Positions 26,521-35,188 of a stretch of DNA of 55,517 bases are shown here, piece after piece. Under the pieces are notes generated by a model. It was not told the DNA's origin. It saw nothing but the letters and a program-made list of their open reading frames with translations, and searched no databases. A program made the position numbers and the translations under genes. Source of the DNA: an uncultured Eubacteriales bacterium (lineage in GTDB: Bacteria; Acidobacteriota; Aminicenantia; Aminicenantales; Aminicenantaceae); NCBI GenBank assembly GCA_964347035.1, contig CAYFXE010000006.1, forward strand, positions 30,096 through 85,612. The letters run 5' to 3'. How positions within the stretch are numbered: position 1 is the first letter of the stretch; each line of letters starts with the position of its first letter.

Positions 26521-27018
26521 TCAATCACAATCTCCATGAGATCGTCTCCAATCGGCCAGGGCTCTGTTCATGTATTCAAGGAATTGAGCCCTCCGACTCG
26601 GTGATATCCTGATTTTCAACCTTTTTTTCCTGACGATCTCGACCTGAGTTCTGTAAGAGGTAACAGAGCTGTTCATAACCCAGAGGGGTAATCCTTGAAC
26701 CGCCTGTACGGACTCAATCGTCTCAAAAGGAATATTCCAGAAAAATACTCCATATTTTAGTCTTAGCCGGTCTTGAAGAATATAGATCTTTCGAGGCAAA
26801 ACGAGCCAATAAACCAGCAAGACAAACGGCACCGAGGCGAATAAGGCGAGGTACGCAATCCTTGTCTCAGATGCGGGCTCACCAGGGAATATGTCTTTAG
26901 TATGAGCATCAATATAGAACAAAATACCAAGGATGAGGAGTAGAATAAGCGGAAAAATCATTAACAGCTTAACCAAACTATCGTACTTGAAGCTATCTTC
27001 ATAAAGGACCATGTTCAT
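26521..27018 (-). CDS. Membrane protein, two TM helices plus a PH-like (bPH) domain
   Basis: Hydrophobic helices are 'LLMIFPLILLLILGILFYI' and 'YLALFASVPFVLLVYWLVL'. The soluble C-terminal half is assigned only by resemblance to YdbS/YdbT-type proteins. Confidence 0.55.
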   Translation of the reverse strand: MNMVLYEDSFKYDSLVKLLMIFPLILLLILGILFYIDAHTKDIFPGEPASETRIAYLALFASVPFVLLVYWLVLPRKIYILQDRLRLKYGVFFWNIPFETIESVQAVQGLPLWVMNSSVTSYRTQVEIVRKKRLKIRISPSRRAQFLEYMNRALADWRRSHGDCD

Positions 27019-27161
27019 GATTCATTCCTTCCTTGTGTGGGTGTATTCTAACTCATTAATACGTGTTTGAAAATCCTAGTTTCGTCAGCATCTTTACACC
27101 CGGGCCTAATTTGAATAATATAACATCACATTCTGTCAACTTGAATAAGAGGAAAATTCTG

Positions 27162-27905
27162 ATGGATGAGTGGTTTGACGACGAAGATTTCTGGAAATAA
27201 CTCTATCCGTTTTTATTCGCCCCAGAGCAGTTTGAGAAAGCCGAGGAGGAAGTGAAGAAAATCCTGAATCTGACATCATTTCGGGGTAATTCAGTTTTGG
27301 ATCTCTGCTGCGGCCCTGGGAGGCACGCCATCCTCCTGGCTAAACGAGGATTATCCGTCACTGGAGTCGATAAATCCCCTTTCTTGTTGAGGAAAGCAAG
27401 AGAGTGGGCCAGAAAAGAAAACGTCCGTGTGAGTTGGAGGCAATAAGACATGCGCCATTTCCTTCGTCCAGAGAGCTTCGAACTCATCCTTAGCATGTTT
27501 ACCTCATTCGGATATTTTGATGCCCAAGAGGACGACCAGAAAGTCCTGAGCAATGTCTTCCAGAGTTTAAAACCTCGAGGCCTCTTCATCCTCGATGTGG
27601 CCGGCAAAGAAATCCTGGCCAAGATCTACCAACCCATCCATTCGAAAGACCTGCCCGACGGATCTCTGCTCGTCGAGCGGCACGAAATCGTTGAAGACTG
27701 GTCACGGATAAAGAACGAGTGGATCATCATCAAGGGAGAAAAAGTCTATCGATTCGCGTTCCATCTCCGGGTCTATTCTGGCCAGGAATTGAAGGATCGG
27801 TTATACGAGGCAGGATTTAAAGAGATCAGTCTGTTTGGTGATCTTGACGGGAATCCATACGGACCTGAAGCAAAGCGTCTGATTGCCGTGGCCAAAAAGG
27901 TTTGA
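27162..27905 (+). pseudogene. Class I SAM-dependent methyltransferase interrupted by two in-frame TAA codons
   Basis: A single reading frame (positions = 0 mod 3) runs from the ATG at 27162 (RBS agagga) to 27905. TAA codons lie at 27198-27200 (...DEDFWK*LYPFLF...) and 27444-27446 (...VSWRQ*DMRHF...). Motif I 'VLDLCCGPGRH' is in the middle piece, and 'LILSMFTSFGYF' and 'LKPRGLFILDV' are in the last piece. Confidence 0.8.
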
Positions 27906-27921
27906 CTTCTTTTGTGTCCTG

Positions 27922-28671
27922 TTATTCCAACTTGATTAGGTTACCGCTTCCGGAGATATGAGAATTAATAACTCCAGGGTTACCTTTAAAATAGATATTC
28001 CCACTTCCAATCAACACGATATCCAGAACATCCCTGACATAGACGTGACAGTTGCCAGAACCTGCTAAGGTTATCTCTGTTCTGGATGTTATAAGATCCA
28101 GAGCGTTCACGTTACCAGATCCAAAAATCTTGATGTCATGGAGCTTTGTGCTGCCTCCCAAGAAAACATCACCACTGCCGTAGATCGATGTAATAATTTT
28201 CTGAGCTGCAACAGTCATCCGCATATCACCAGAGCCGCCGATCACCAAATTCAACTCCTCGGAATGAAAAGGCTGTTCTCCTTCAACGATGGCTGCTCCA
28301 TAGATGTAGAAGCCTCGAATTTCCAGCATCGACGCATAGACCTGCACTCCTACTTTTGACTCATAGCTCTTTCTGTTCTCGATGACCAATGTTCCATCGC
28401 TTCTCACCCAAGTCCGTATCAACGGCAAAATATTATCTTCGCCAACCAGCCGCAGTTCTTGGGTGGCGGATTGGACAAAATACACATCACAGCTTCCCAT
28501 AATCTCAATGCTGTTAAAAGGAGCCACACTGCGAGTCTGCTCGACAACAAGCCTTGATCCAAACACCGAATCATGCCTGCATTCCTGACAACTGCTAAAA
28601 AACAGAAGTCCGGTTCCACACAATAACAGGACAATGATTACCTCATATTGTCTTGAAACATTTCTGTTCAT
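27922..28671 (-). CDS. GIN-domain (DUF2807) lipoprotein, putative adhesin-head-like beta-helix
   Basis: It has a lipobox-like 'FFSSC'. The motifs 'GSGD(M/V)' and 'GSGN(V/C/I/L)' recur about every 20-25 aa. Confidence 0.75.
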   Translation of the reverse strand: MNRNVSRQYEVIIVLLLCGTGLLFFSSCQECRHDSVFGSRLVVEQTRSVAPFNSIEIMGSCDVYFVQSATQELRLVGEDNILPLIRTWVRSDGTLVIENRKSYESKVGVQVYASMLEIRGFYIYGAAIVEGEQPFHSEELNLVIGGSGDMRMTVAAQKIITSIYGSGDVFLGGSTKLHDIKIFGSGNVNALDLITSRTEITLAGSGNCHVYVRDVLDIVLIGSGNIYFKGNPGVINSHISGSGNLIKLE

Positions 28672-28695
28672 TTGGTTTTTCCTCTCTTTATACTT

Positions 28696-29580
28696 TTATT
28701 TCCCAAATTGAAAACCGACATTAAAGATCAGGTTATCCAACCCGACATTTTCTTTGTTGGTAAACGGCATACTCATCCCAAATCTCACCCTTGCTATCCG
28801 GGAAATGTTCAGGACAAGATCGACTTCAGGCTCGAAAATAAAGAAATCTCGGCAATAATAGTTACCGGATCCAAAAAGAGCTCCAGCCCTGAGATGAACT
28901 TTTCTATCAGGAAAAAAAGCATAAGAAAAAGTCACGCCTCCATAGGCAGGCTGACCTGGGTCAAAATCGACATCAAGCTCTAAAGCTCCATTTTCAGAAA
29001 CAGCTCTACCGTAGCCAGCTAAGCCTACAGAAAAAGAACGGTTAAAAGTCAGTCCGATACTACCTCCCACGAGCACAGCATATTCTCCATCGATACTCGT
29101 GGATTTTGTCCCGATACCACCAAAAAAATGTGTTTCTATATTGTCTCCTAACAGGGCTTCTTTTCTGATTGGAGCTGAAGTTTCTTCCTCTGGTGGTGGT
29201 GCGAAAAATTTTATTTTTTTCAGGTCCTCTGGTCTTAGTTCCACGCTCTCCCCACCTTTCAGGATCATCTCTGATTCATAAACATCACCACCAACGATAT
29301 TGGTGATTGTGTATTGCCCTTCTTCGAGTCCGAGCTCGATTTCCTGGCCAATCGGCTTAGAAAGCTCCACAACCAGCAGATTCTCCAGGTCATGGATAAA
29401 GATTTTCCCGGAAATATCAGCGTTAAATATTACAAAGGCAGAACTTCTCGGACTTTCAATAGCCTTCAGCAGGAATTGCTCTCCCTCAGTTATGTCCGGT
29501 ACAGCGAACAAAGAGCCGCTTAGATGGGCTACCACAAAAAACAAAATAAAAGTGCCAAAAGAGAATTTTTTTCTTATCAT
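28696..29580 (-). CDS. Secreted paralogue of the caspase C-terminal module (no protease domain)
   Basis: It has a signal peptide. 'ISGKIFIHDLENLLVVELSKPIGQEIELGLEEGQYTI' and the terminal 'FNVGFQFGK' align with 'ISGRLFIHDSKNLLVVELTKPVGRKIELGLEEGEYRI' and 'FNVSFQFGK' of 29821..31353. Confidence 0.8.
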   Translation of the reverse strand: MIRKKFSFGTFILFFVVAHLSGSLFAVPDITEGEQFLLKAIESPRSSAFVIFNADISGKIFIHDLENLLVVELSKPIGQEIELGLEEGQYTITNIVGGDVYESEMILKGGESVELRPEDLKKIKFFAPPPEEETSAPIRKEALLGDNIETHFFGGIGTKSTSIDGEYAVLVGGSIGLTFNRSFSVGLAGYGRAVSENGALELDVDFDPGQPAYGGVTFSYAFFPDRKVHLRAGALFGSGNYYCRDFFIFEPEVDLVLNISRIARVRFGMSMPFTNKENVGLDNLIFNVGFQFGK

Positions 29581-29791
29581 TTCAATCTCCTGTCTTATTC
29601 ATCTCCAGATTAATGAAACACGACAGACCATGAGAAGTGTTACCCGGAGACCAGTAAAACAGGATCTCAGAAAGAATATTTTTAAGATAAATTAAAGAAT
29701 GATATTGCTGAGCCAAGGAGTATCTAAGTAAATGACCAATTGAAAAGAAAGGCCTCTGAAAATTTATTTCAAAGGCCCTTTATGTATTGAA

Positions 29792-29812
29792 AAACAGTCA
29801 TAAAGACTGTTT
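29792..29812 (-). terminator. Weak intrinsic-terminator-like hairpin after the caspase gene
   Basis: The stem aaacagtc / gactgttt (8 bp, 5-nt loop) lies 9 nt past the stop. On the minus strand it is followed by TTTTTC. The stem is AT-rich and therefore weak. Confidence 0.35.
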
Positions 29813-29820
29813 GATCTCAT

Positions 29821-31353
29821 TTATTTCCCGAACTGAAAACTGACGTTGAACATCACGTTATCCAGACCGGTATCCGGTTTATCCACGAGAGGAAGGCTGA
29901 GTCCGGCCTGAATCCTGACAATCCGGGACAGGTTGAGGACCATTTCGACACCAGGTTCAAATATATAAAAAATGGTTCCCGTCCTTGCTGTTCCGGATCC
30001 CGCCAGAGCTGTGACCCGGAAATGCAGCTGTTTTTCAGGACGGAAGACATAGGCAAAGGTGATACCTCCCCAACCGGGCAAGCCTGGAGTAAAGTTGGTT
30101 TTTCCGAAGCCAGCAAAACCTACCGAAAAAACGTTATTAAAGGTCAGACCGAAATCTCCCCCCGTAAAGACAGCCGTGCCTCCATACATGCTCGTGATTT
30201 TAGACACGATCCCGGCAAATAGAGTGATTCTGAGCTTGCCTCTAAGAACAGTCTCTCTTCGGGCCTTGATAGCTCTGTCTCCGCGAGGAGTTGTGTATTG
30301 AATATCGGTCTTGGTAAATCCTGCTGCTCGGAGCTCATAACCAATTCCCTCTTGGAGCGAAATATTAGATTCGTAAATTTCTCCTTCGAGGATATTTATA
30401 ATCCTGTACTCTCCCTCTTCAAGACCGAGCTCGATTTTCCGGCCCACCGGCTTTGTCAATTCTACGACGAGAAGGTTTTTGCTGTCATGAATGAAAAGGC
30501 GCCCCGAAATATCCGAATCCAAGATTAATACCGCCGAGCTCTTCCTGATGTCGGTCATCACCACATCCCCTGTTCCCGTCATCTGAATATGCGTGTTCGG
30601 GTGCTGGGGACCGCTCATGGTTTTGGCTGTTTCAGCCAGGGTTTCGTTAAAAGCAAACTGGTAGGCTTCACTCAATGTCACCAGACCATCCTGACTCATA
30701 TCCGCTGCACCTCTCATGCCCGAGGTCAGATAATGAGTAAAAAACGAGCCTTTGATGAGATCAGACTCCTGCGAAGCCTCGGTCGCCGAACTCGACGCCA
30801 AAAAGGCATAACCTCTCATATCGTAGGCCTCATCCATCAAGAACGGAAGCTTTTTCTTGCCGCCTTTGATCCGCGTAAAAGCTCCCGAGGCACAGGAATC
30901 GAGGATGGCGATCTGGACATCTGCCGGCATGTTGTTGATGGTCTCACGAAAGTCCTGGTAAGAAATTTTCTCGTTCCCCAAGAGTATGTTCTCGTCGTCC
31001 GAATGTCCGGAATAATAGAAGATGATCTCGATGCGGTTGTATTCGGACCTTTCGGTTTTGACTCTCTCCTGAAGTTTGCCCATCTCCGTGTAAAACGTTT
31101 TGACGTTTGGTTCTTCCAGTAACAGGCAGTCCTCAGGAGCCACTCCGCCTAACTCTTCTAGAACCTTCTGAATGGATTTTGCATCCGAGACAGCATAACG
31201 CAATTTCACCCGTTCCTGTCCGCCTTGATTGGCCCCCATAACCACGGCATATCGTTTGGTTACAGCACTCTGTGTGGCCTGTCCGGCTGATAGATTCATC
31301 CCACTCAAGACAAAAACGACCAAAATCCCGATAAGAACCGATGATCTTCTCAT
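29821..31353 (-). CDS. Secreted caspase-family (peptidase C14) protein with a PEGA-like plus beta-rich C-terminal module
   Basis: It has a signal peptide. The catalytic His context is 'IIFYYSGHSDD' and the Cys context is 'IAILDSCASGAF'. The C-terminal approximately 240 aa are paralogous to 28696..29580. The start overlaps the upstream gene by 4 nt. Confidence 0.85.
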   Translation of the reverse strand: MRRSSVLIGILVVFVLSGMNLSAGQATQSAVTKRYAVVMGANQGGQERVKLRYAVSDAKSIQKVLEELGGVAPEDCLLLEEPNVKTFYTEMGKLQERVKTERSEYNRIEIIFYYSGHSDDENILLGNEKISYQDFRETINNMPADVQIAILDSCASGAFTRIKGGKKKLPFLMDEAYDMRGYAFLASSSATEASQESDLIKGSFFTHYLTSGMRGAADMSQDGLVTLSEAYQFAFNETLAETAKTMSGPQHPNTHIQMTGTGDVVMTDIRKSSAVLILDSDISGRLFIHDSKNLLVVELTKPVGRKIELGLEEGEYRIINILEGEIYESNISLQEGIGYELRAAGFTKTDIQYTTPRGDRAIKARRETVLRGKLRITLFAGIVSKITSMYGGTAVFTGGDFGLTFNNVFSVGFAGFGKTNFTPGLPGWGGITFAYVFRPEKQLHFRVTALAGSGTARTGTIFYIFEPGVEMVLNLSRIVRIQAGLSLPLVDKPDTGLDNVMFNVSFQFGK

Positions 31354-32159
31354 TGCTCTTCTCCTTTGTTCAGTAGGATGGAAAACTGGGTGTAAGCCTG
31401 GGGCAGATCGAGAATTCCCTCTGCTGCCGAACCAGGTAATTCAGCAAGAACTTTTGCCTTTTTAAGGATACTCTGAACATCTATGTCTTCCATCGCAGTG
31501 ATGTAGAAAAATCGTTCAAAACCAGGTGCTTCATCGAGCTCATAAGAGCTCCACAGTAATACTTTTTTCTCTTGTTTCAAGGCTGTCGAAGCCGTCTGTC
31601 TCTCCGGAAAATGCAACGTCACCACCCTGTTACCGTCGATGGAAAAGATGACACCAAAGGCTTTTTCGCCAGGGACATAAGCGATCTGGAGAAGATCTCC
31701 GGCTGCGGCCTGATCACCGTCCTTGAGTATGCTGACTTCATCGGCGATCTTCCTGTAGATGATGATTTGAGCTTTGGTAAAATCAATCTCCTCCTCTCCT
31801 TTAATACGTGTATCAGGTGGAAGAGTTCCTCTGTTAAAAAAAACCACAAAACCGATAAGCAAAGCTGCTGCCAAAGCGGGCACAGCATACAGGAAGCGCT
31901 GCCATCCGAACGGCTTGGTCCTTACCCTGATTCTTTCCTGACGCTTGCCCTCCTCATACCGCCTTAGAATATCAGGAATCATTGATTCAGACGGGTATTG
32001 TTTCAGGATGTCCTTATTGGACCGCTTGAGACTTGTGATTCTCTGTTGTATTTCAGGATTCTCCTCAGCAAGTTTTTTTATTTCGTTCATTCTCTCGGGC
32101 GGCAATTCCTCCAGAAGGAAGCGCTCGAGCTCCCAGTTGTTTAGCTTTTTAATGGTCAT
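31350..32159 (-). CDS. Putative anti-sigma factor with an extracytoplasmic DUF4384-like domain
   Basis: It overlaps the sigma gene by 11 nt. The N-terminus is 'WELERFLLEELPPERMNEI', there is one TM helix (FLYAVPALAAALLIGFVVFF), and the C-terminus 'GDLLQIAYVPGEKAFGVIFSIDGNRVVTLHFPE' is DUF4384-like (from memory). Confidence 0.65.
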   Translation of the reverse strand: MTIKKLNNWELERFLLEELPPERMNEIKKLAEENPEIQQRITSLKRSNKDILKQYPSESMIPDILRRYEEGKRQERIRVRTKPFGWQRFLYAVPALAAALLIGFVVFFNRGTLPPDTRIKGEEEIDFTKAQIIIYRKIADEVSILKDGDQAAAGDLLQIAYVPGEKAFGVIFSIDGNRVVTLHFPERQTASTALKQEKKVLLWSSYELDEAPGFERFFYITAMEDIDVQSILKKAKVLAELPGSAAEGILDLPQAYTQFSILLNKGEEQ

Positions 32160-32658
32160 AATAGATCTCCTTCTTGGTCTTTGCCCGGGCGCGGAATTCT
32201 CTTATCCGCTTGCGGACACCAGAGAGGGAAAGGCCGACTTCATTGGCGACTTCCTGCAGGGTCATTCCATCGACAAAGTGCATGACTGCGATATCACGCG
32301 TAGAGGGTTTTTCTTTGTGAAAGATCCGATCTAACACATCTCTCATCACTGTTCTGTCCTCGCTTTCATCGTAAGAGGCGATTCCCGCCAGGACTTCCTC
32401 CTGTGACACCAAAGGATGACTGCGCTCGTCCCTGATAATATTCAGACAGGTGTTTGTGGAGATTCTAAAAAGCAGGCTGCTTGGATATTGGTCCCTCAAA
32501 TGTGCTTTGTGCTTTAACAATTTCACGAATACTTCCTGCATGGCATCCTTTGCCTTCTCTTCATTCTTAAGCAGCTGACGGCATCTGCGGAGAACCATTG
32601 GCGCGTATCGGTTATAATATTCTTCAATATTAATCTCAGGATTTGGAATATTTTGCAT
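32149..32658 (-). CDS. ECF-type RNA polymerase sigma factor (module 2)
   Basis: Region 2 is 'AKDAMQEVFVKLL' and the region-4 HTH is 'MTLQEVANEVGLSLSGVRKRIREF'. Confidence 0.9.
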   Translation of the reverse strand: MQNIPNPEINIEEYYNRYAPMVLRRCRQLLKNEEKAKDAMQEVFVKLLKHKAHLRDQYPSSLLFRISTNTCLNIIRDERSHPLVSQEEVLAGIASYDESEDRTVMRDVLDRIFHKEKPSTRDIAVMHFVDGMTLQEVANEVGLSLSGVRKRIREFRARAKTKKEIYYDH

Positions 32659-32778
32659 TTTCTGTTCACCTTACGACCTTCACATGGATTAAACACACGG
32701 GAAGATCGAAAGAGTTACTTTTTGTGTGTTATTTTACCCTGTTTAGCGGCGAACAACAAAATATGACAAAAAAAAGAA

Positions 32779-32860
32779 TCAGAGATCGATTACAGTAAAG
32801 AAATCTCTCCTTTTGCTGAGAACTGATTTACTGAGTCACAGAGTTGCCGAGTTACTGACC
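32779..32860. repeat. REP-like intergenic hairpin element, copy 3 (more degenerate)
   Basis: The arm reads ctgagaa ctgattta ctgagtca cagagttgc cgagtta ctgacca. It is preceded by the spacer aagaaatctctcctttt and the inverted piece attacagtaa. It starts 8 nt after the stop of the minus-strand receptor gene. Confidence 0.55.
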
Positions 32861-32867
32861 ATATGAT

Positions 32868-35114
32868 TTAAAAACGGGTTGACCAGGTCAGGACGATATG
32901 CCGCTTCGGAGCTGGGCGGAAGAAGCTGGCGTTGGCAAACTCGGAATAAAGTGTATTGGTCAAATTCCCGATGACGAAACCCAGCTGCTGAGCGAATGGG
33001 CTGTTCTTAAAAAGAGTGACGCCTGCTCTCAATGAATGAACCGTGAATCCAGGGATGATATCCCCGATCGGGTTGTTGACCAAGCTGACATCTTTTTGAT
33101 TACCGTTGTATCTGATATGGTACTCTACCCAGAAAAGATCATTCGGGAACGTGTACCGGAGGTTAAGATTGACTCTTGAGCTGTAGGTATCTGAGTACGG
33201 CAGCTCGGGATTTGCCAAGTTCTTGGAGGTTATATAACTGAAATTCGCCGTTAGGGTGAGTCCAAAATCGAATTTCATGTGCCCTAAAGCTTCAATTCCA
33301 TAAAGACTAAGCTTGTCAACGTTGACATTCCTGTACTCGGGAAGCCGGCCGATCATTTTTCCAGTCGGAGCTATCTGTATGCCGTCATAAACCATGTTCC
33401 GGAAAAAGGAGGTTTCGAAATACAGATTTTTCAGGCGATACCTGATCCCGAAATCCAGATTAAAACTCGTCTCAGGGTTCAGCTCTAAATTTTGAACCTG
33501 GAAACCGCTACCGTCTGGGGTAACACCATGATAAAATCGCTCGGGAAGGTTTGGAGAACGGAATCCCCTAGCCAGAGAAAAGGTCAGCTTGAGGTCATCG
33601 GTTAGACCGTAAATCATGTTGGCTGATCCGACTAATGTGCTATCCGTGCTCTTGACAAAAGGAGCATCCAACCCAGGCGTTTCCTCTGTCTGGGCCTGGA
33701 CATTCTGATAGCGCAAGCCCAAGATCAATGAGGATCGGGAGAAAAGACGAATATCATTCTGGACAAACAAACCTAAACTCCTGAAAAAGGCATTGGGCAC
33801 CTTGGGGATATCATCTACTTCAGCAAAGGTCGGACCAAATCCGAATATTTCCATTGTGTTGATGTCTGTGTTTTCAGAATTATCCTGGAGAAAATCCACC
33901 CCATATGTCAGGATGTGCGATTTGAATAGGACTTTGGTCAGTTCGAAGCGACCTCCGAATGTCTTGACATCTGTAAAATTGCTGGAGCGGATATTCATCC
34001 CGGCTCCTGGGAAAAAACTTATGGCGATATTCGTGTCGAATTTACGGGAGTTCTGGAGATTATATCCGACTAAGCTTATGCCATCTGCCAGGAAAAAATT
34101 CAGCGCCCGGTTCTCAAATCTCAAAGTGAACTTCTGCATTTTCTGTCTGGGATAGATGAGCTGAATCGTGGGATCGCCAGGAGAGTATGCGGCTGGGTCT
34201 ACATACCCAAATCCAGCATCCCGTGCTTTGTAGTATTCGTATTTAAAGGAAATATCATTGTGTTCTGCGAAACGATACCCGAGGAAAAGATTGAAACTGT
34301 TATCTCTTACTCCAGTATCATTAACAGGTGTCTCCTGGTCTAGGGTGATATTTCCGAAAGATCCAGATGGCGCCATATAACTATCAGCATCGCGGTACGT
34401 ACCACTCAACATAAACCCGAGATGACCCAGATGGCCATTGATCTCAGCAAATCCTTTTTGCTGACTGTCGGCTGAGCTGTAGCGATAGCCCAATCTGCCG
34501 AACACCTGGGTGCCATCGAGATTGTACTCGGGCAATCTGGATATCATGTTCACCACACCGCCAATAGCTTCTGAACCATAAAGAACCGAAGCAGGGCCAC
34601 GAACCACTTCGACCCGACTCATACCAAAGATATCGATTAAAGCCGGCACTTCTCCGAAAGTTTGAGTCCTCCTAGTATTACTCAACCGGATGCCATCGGT
34701 CAGAAGAAGGATACGCTGACCTCTAAGTCCTCGGATGACTGGACGGCTCTGATTGGCTCCTACGCCCACTATATCTGTTCCAGGTATTTCCGGCAAAAGT
34801 TCTGAAATGTTATTCGGAGCTAGATCTTCGATTTTTTTACTATTCACAACGCTCACCGGCTTCGGTACGTCAAATAAAGTTTTTTCGGGGCGGGTTGCTG
34901 TCACCACGACTTCGTTGTACAAAACGATGTCTTGTTGATCCTTCTTGTCTTTCTCTTCGGTTGCTTTGTTTTTTTCTGTCTTTTCAACCTTCTTTTCTTT
35001 CGTTTTCTGGACTTCCTGACCATTATCTTCGGTATAGGAAAAGACATTCCCGATGAGCAACGAGACCACCAATACAGAAAGAATGATAACCCGCTTGAAT
35101 ATACCAGTATTCAT
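32868..35114 (-). CDS. TonB-dependent outer-membrane receptor
   Basis: A TonB-box-like 'EVVVTA' is present, with plug motifs 'IRGLRGQRILLLTDGIRL' and 'VEVVRGPASVLYGS'. It ends in a terminal aromatic, 'WSTRF'. I prefer the ATG at 35114 because GGAGG lies 5 nt upstream; the track start is 35126. Confidence 0.9.
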   Translation of the reverse strand: MNTGIFKRVIILSVLVVSLLIGNVFSYTEDNGQEVQKTKEKKVEKTEKNKATEEKDKKDQQDIVLYNEVVVTATRPEKTLFDVPKPVSVVNSKKIEDLAPNNISELLPEIPGTDIVGVGANQSRPVIRGLRGQRILLLTDGIRLSNTRRTQTFGEVPALIDIFGMSRVEVVRGPASVLYGSEAIGGVVNMISRLPEYNLDGTQVFGRLGYRYSSADSQQKGFAEINGHLGHLGFMLSGTYRDADSYMAPSGSFGNITLDQETPVNDTGVRDNSFNLFLGYRFAEHNDISFKYEYYKARDAGFGYVDPAAYSPGDPTIQLIYPRQKMQKFTLRFENRALNFFLADGISLVGYNLQNSRKFDTNIAISFFPGAGMNIRSSNFTDVKTFGGRFELTKVLFKSHILTYGVDFLQDNSENTDINTMEIFGFGPTFAEVDDIPKVPNAFFRSLGLFVQNDIRLFSRSSLILGLRYQNVQAQTEETPGLDAPFVKSTDSTLVGSANMIYGLTDDLKLTFSLARGFRSPNLPERFYHGVTPDGSGFQVQNLELNPETSFNLDFGIRYRLKNLYFETSFFRNMVYDGIQIAPTGKMIGRLPEYRNVNVDKLSLYGIEALGHMKFDFGLTLTANFSYITSKNLANPELPYSDTYSSRVNLNLRYTFPNDLFWVEYHIRYNGNQKDVSLVNNPIGDIIPGFTVHSLRAGVTLFKNSPFAQQLGFVIGNLTNTLYSEFANASFFRPAPKRHIVLTWSTRF

Positions 35115-35188
35115 TATAACCTCCATATATTGTTAACTTATAATACTATATTTATATTATATATAGGGAAAATAGTCAATAAGCCGAA

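Noticed and set aside
27203-27622. Minus-strand ORF of 139 aa across the methyltransferase locus
   Set aside because: It is antisense to a frame with clear SAM-methyltransferase motifs. It has no RBS and no motif, so it is a shadow ORF.
32868-35114. FecIRA-type surface signalling (a receptor next to an ECF/anti-sigma pair)
   Set aside because: The receptor lacks an N-terminal STN/secretin-like signalling domain and has only a K/E-rich spacer. The anti-sigma is not FecR-like. The gene order (receptor upstream of sigma) and an intervening REP-like hairpin suggest separate units.
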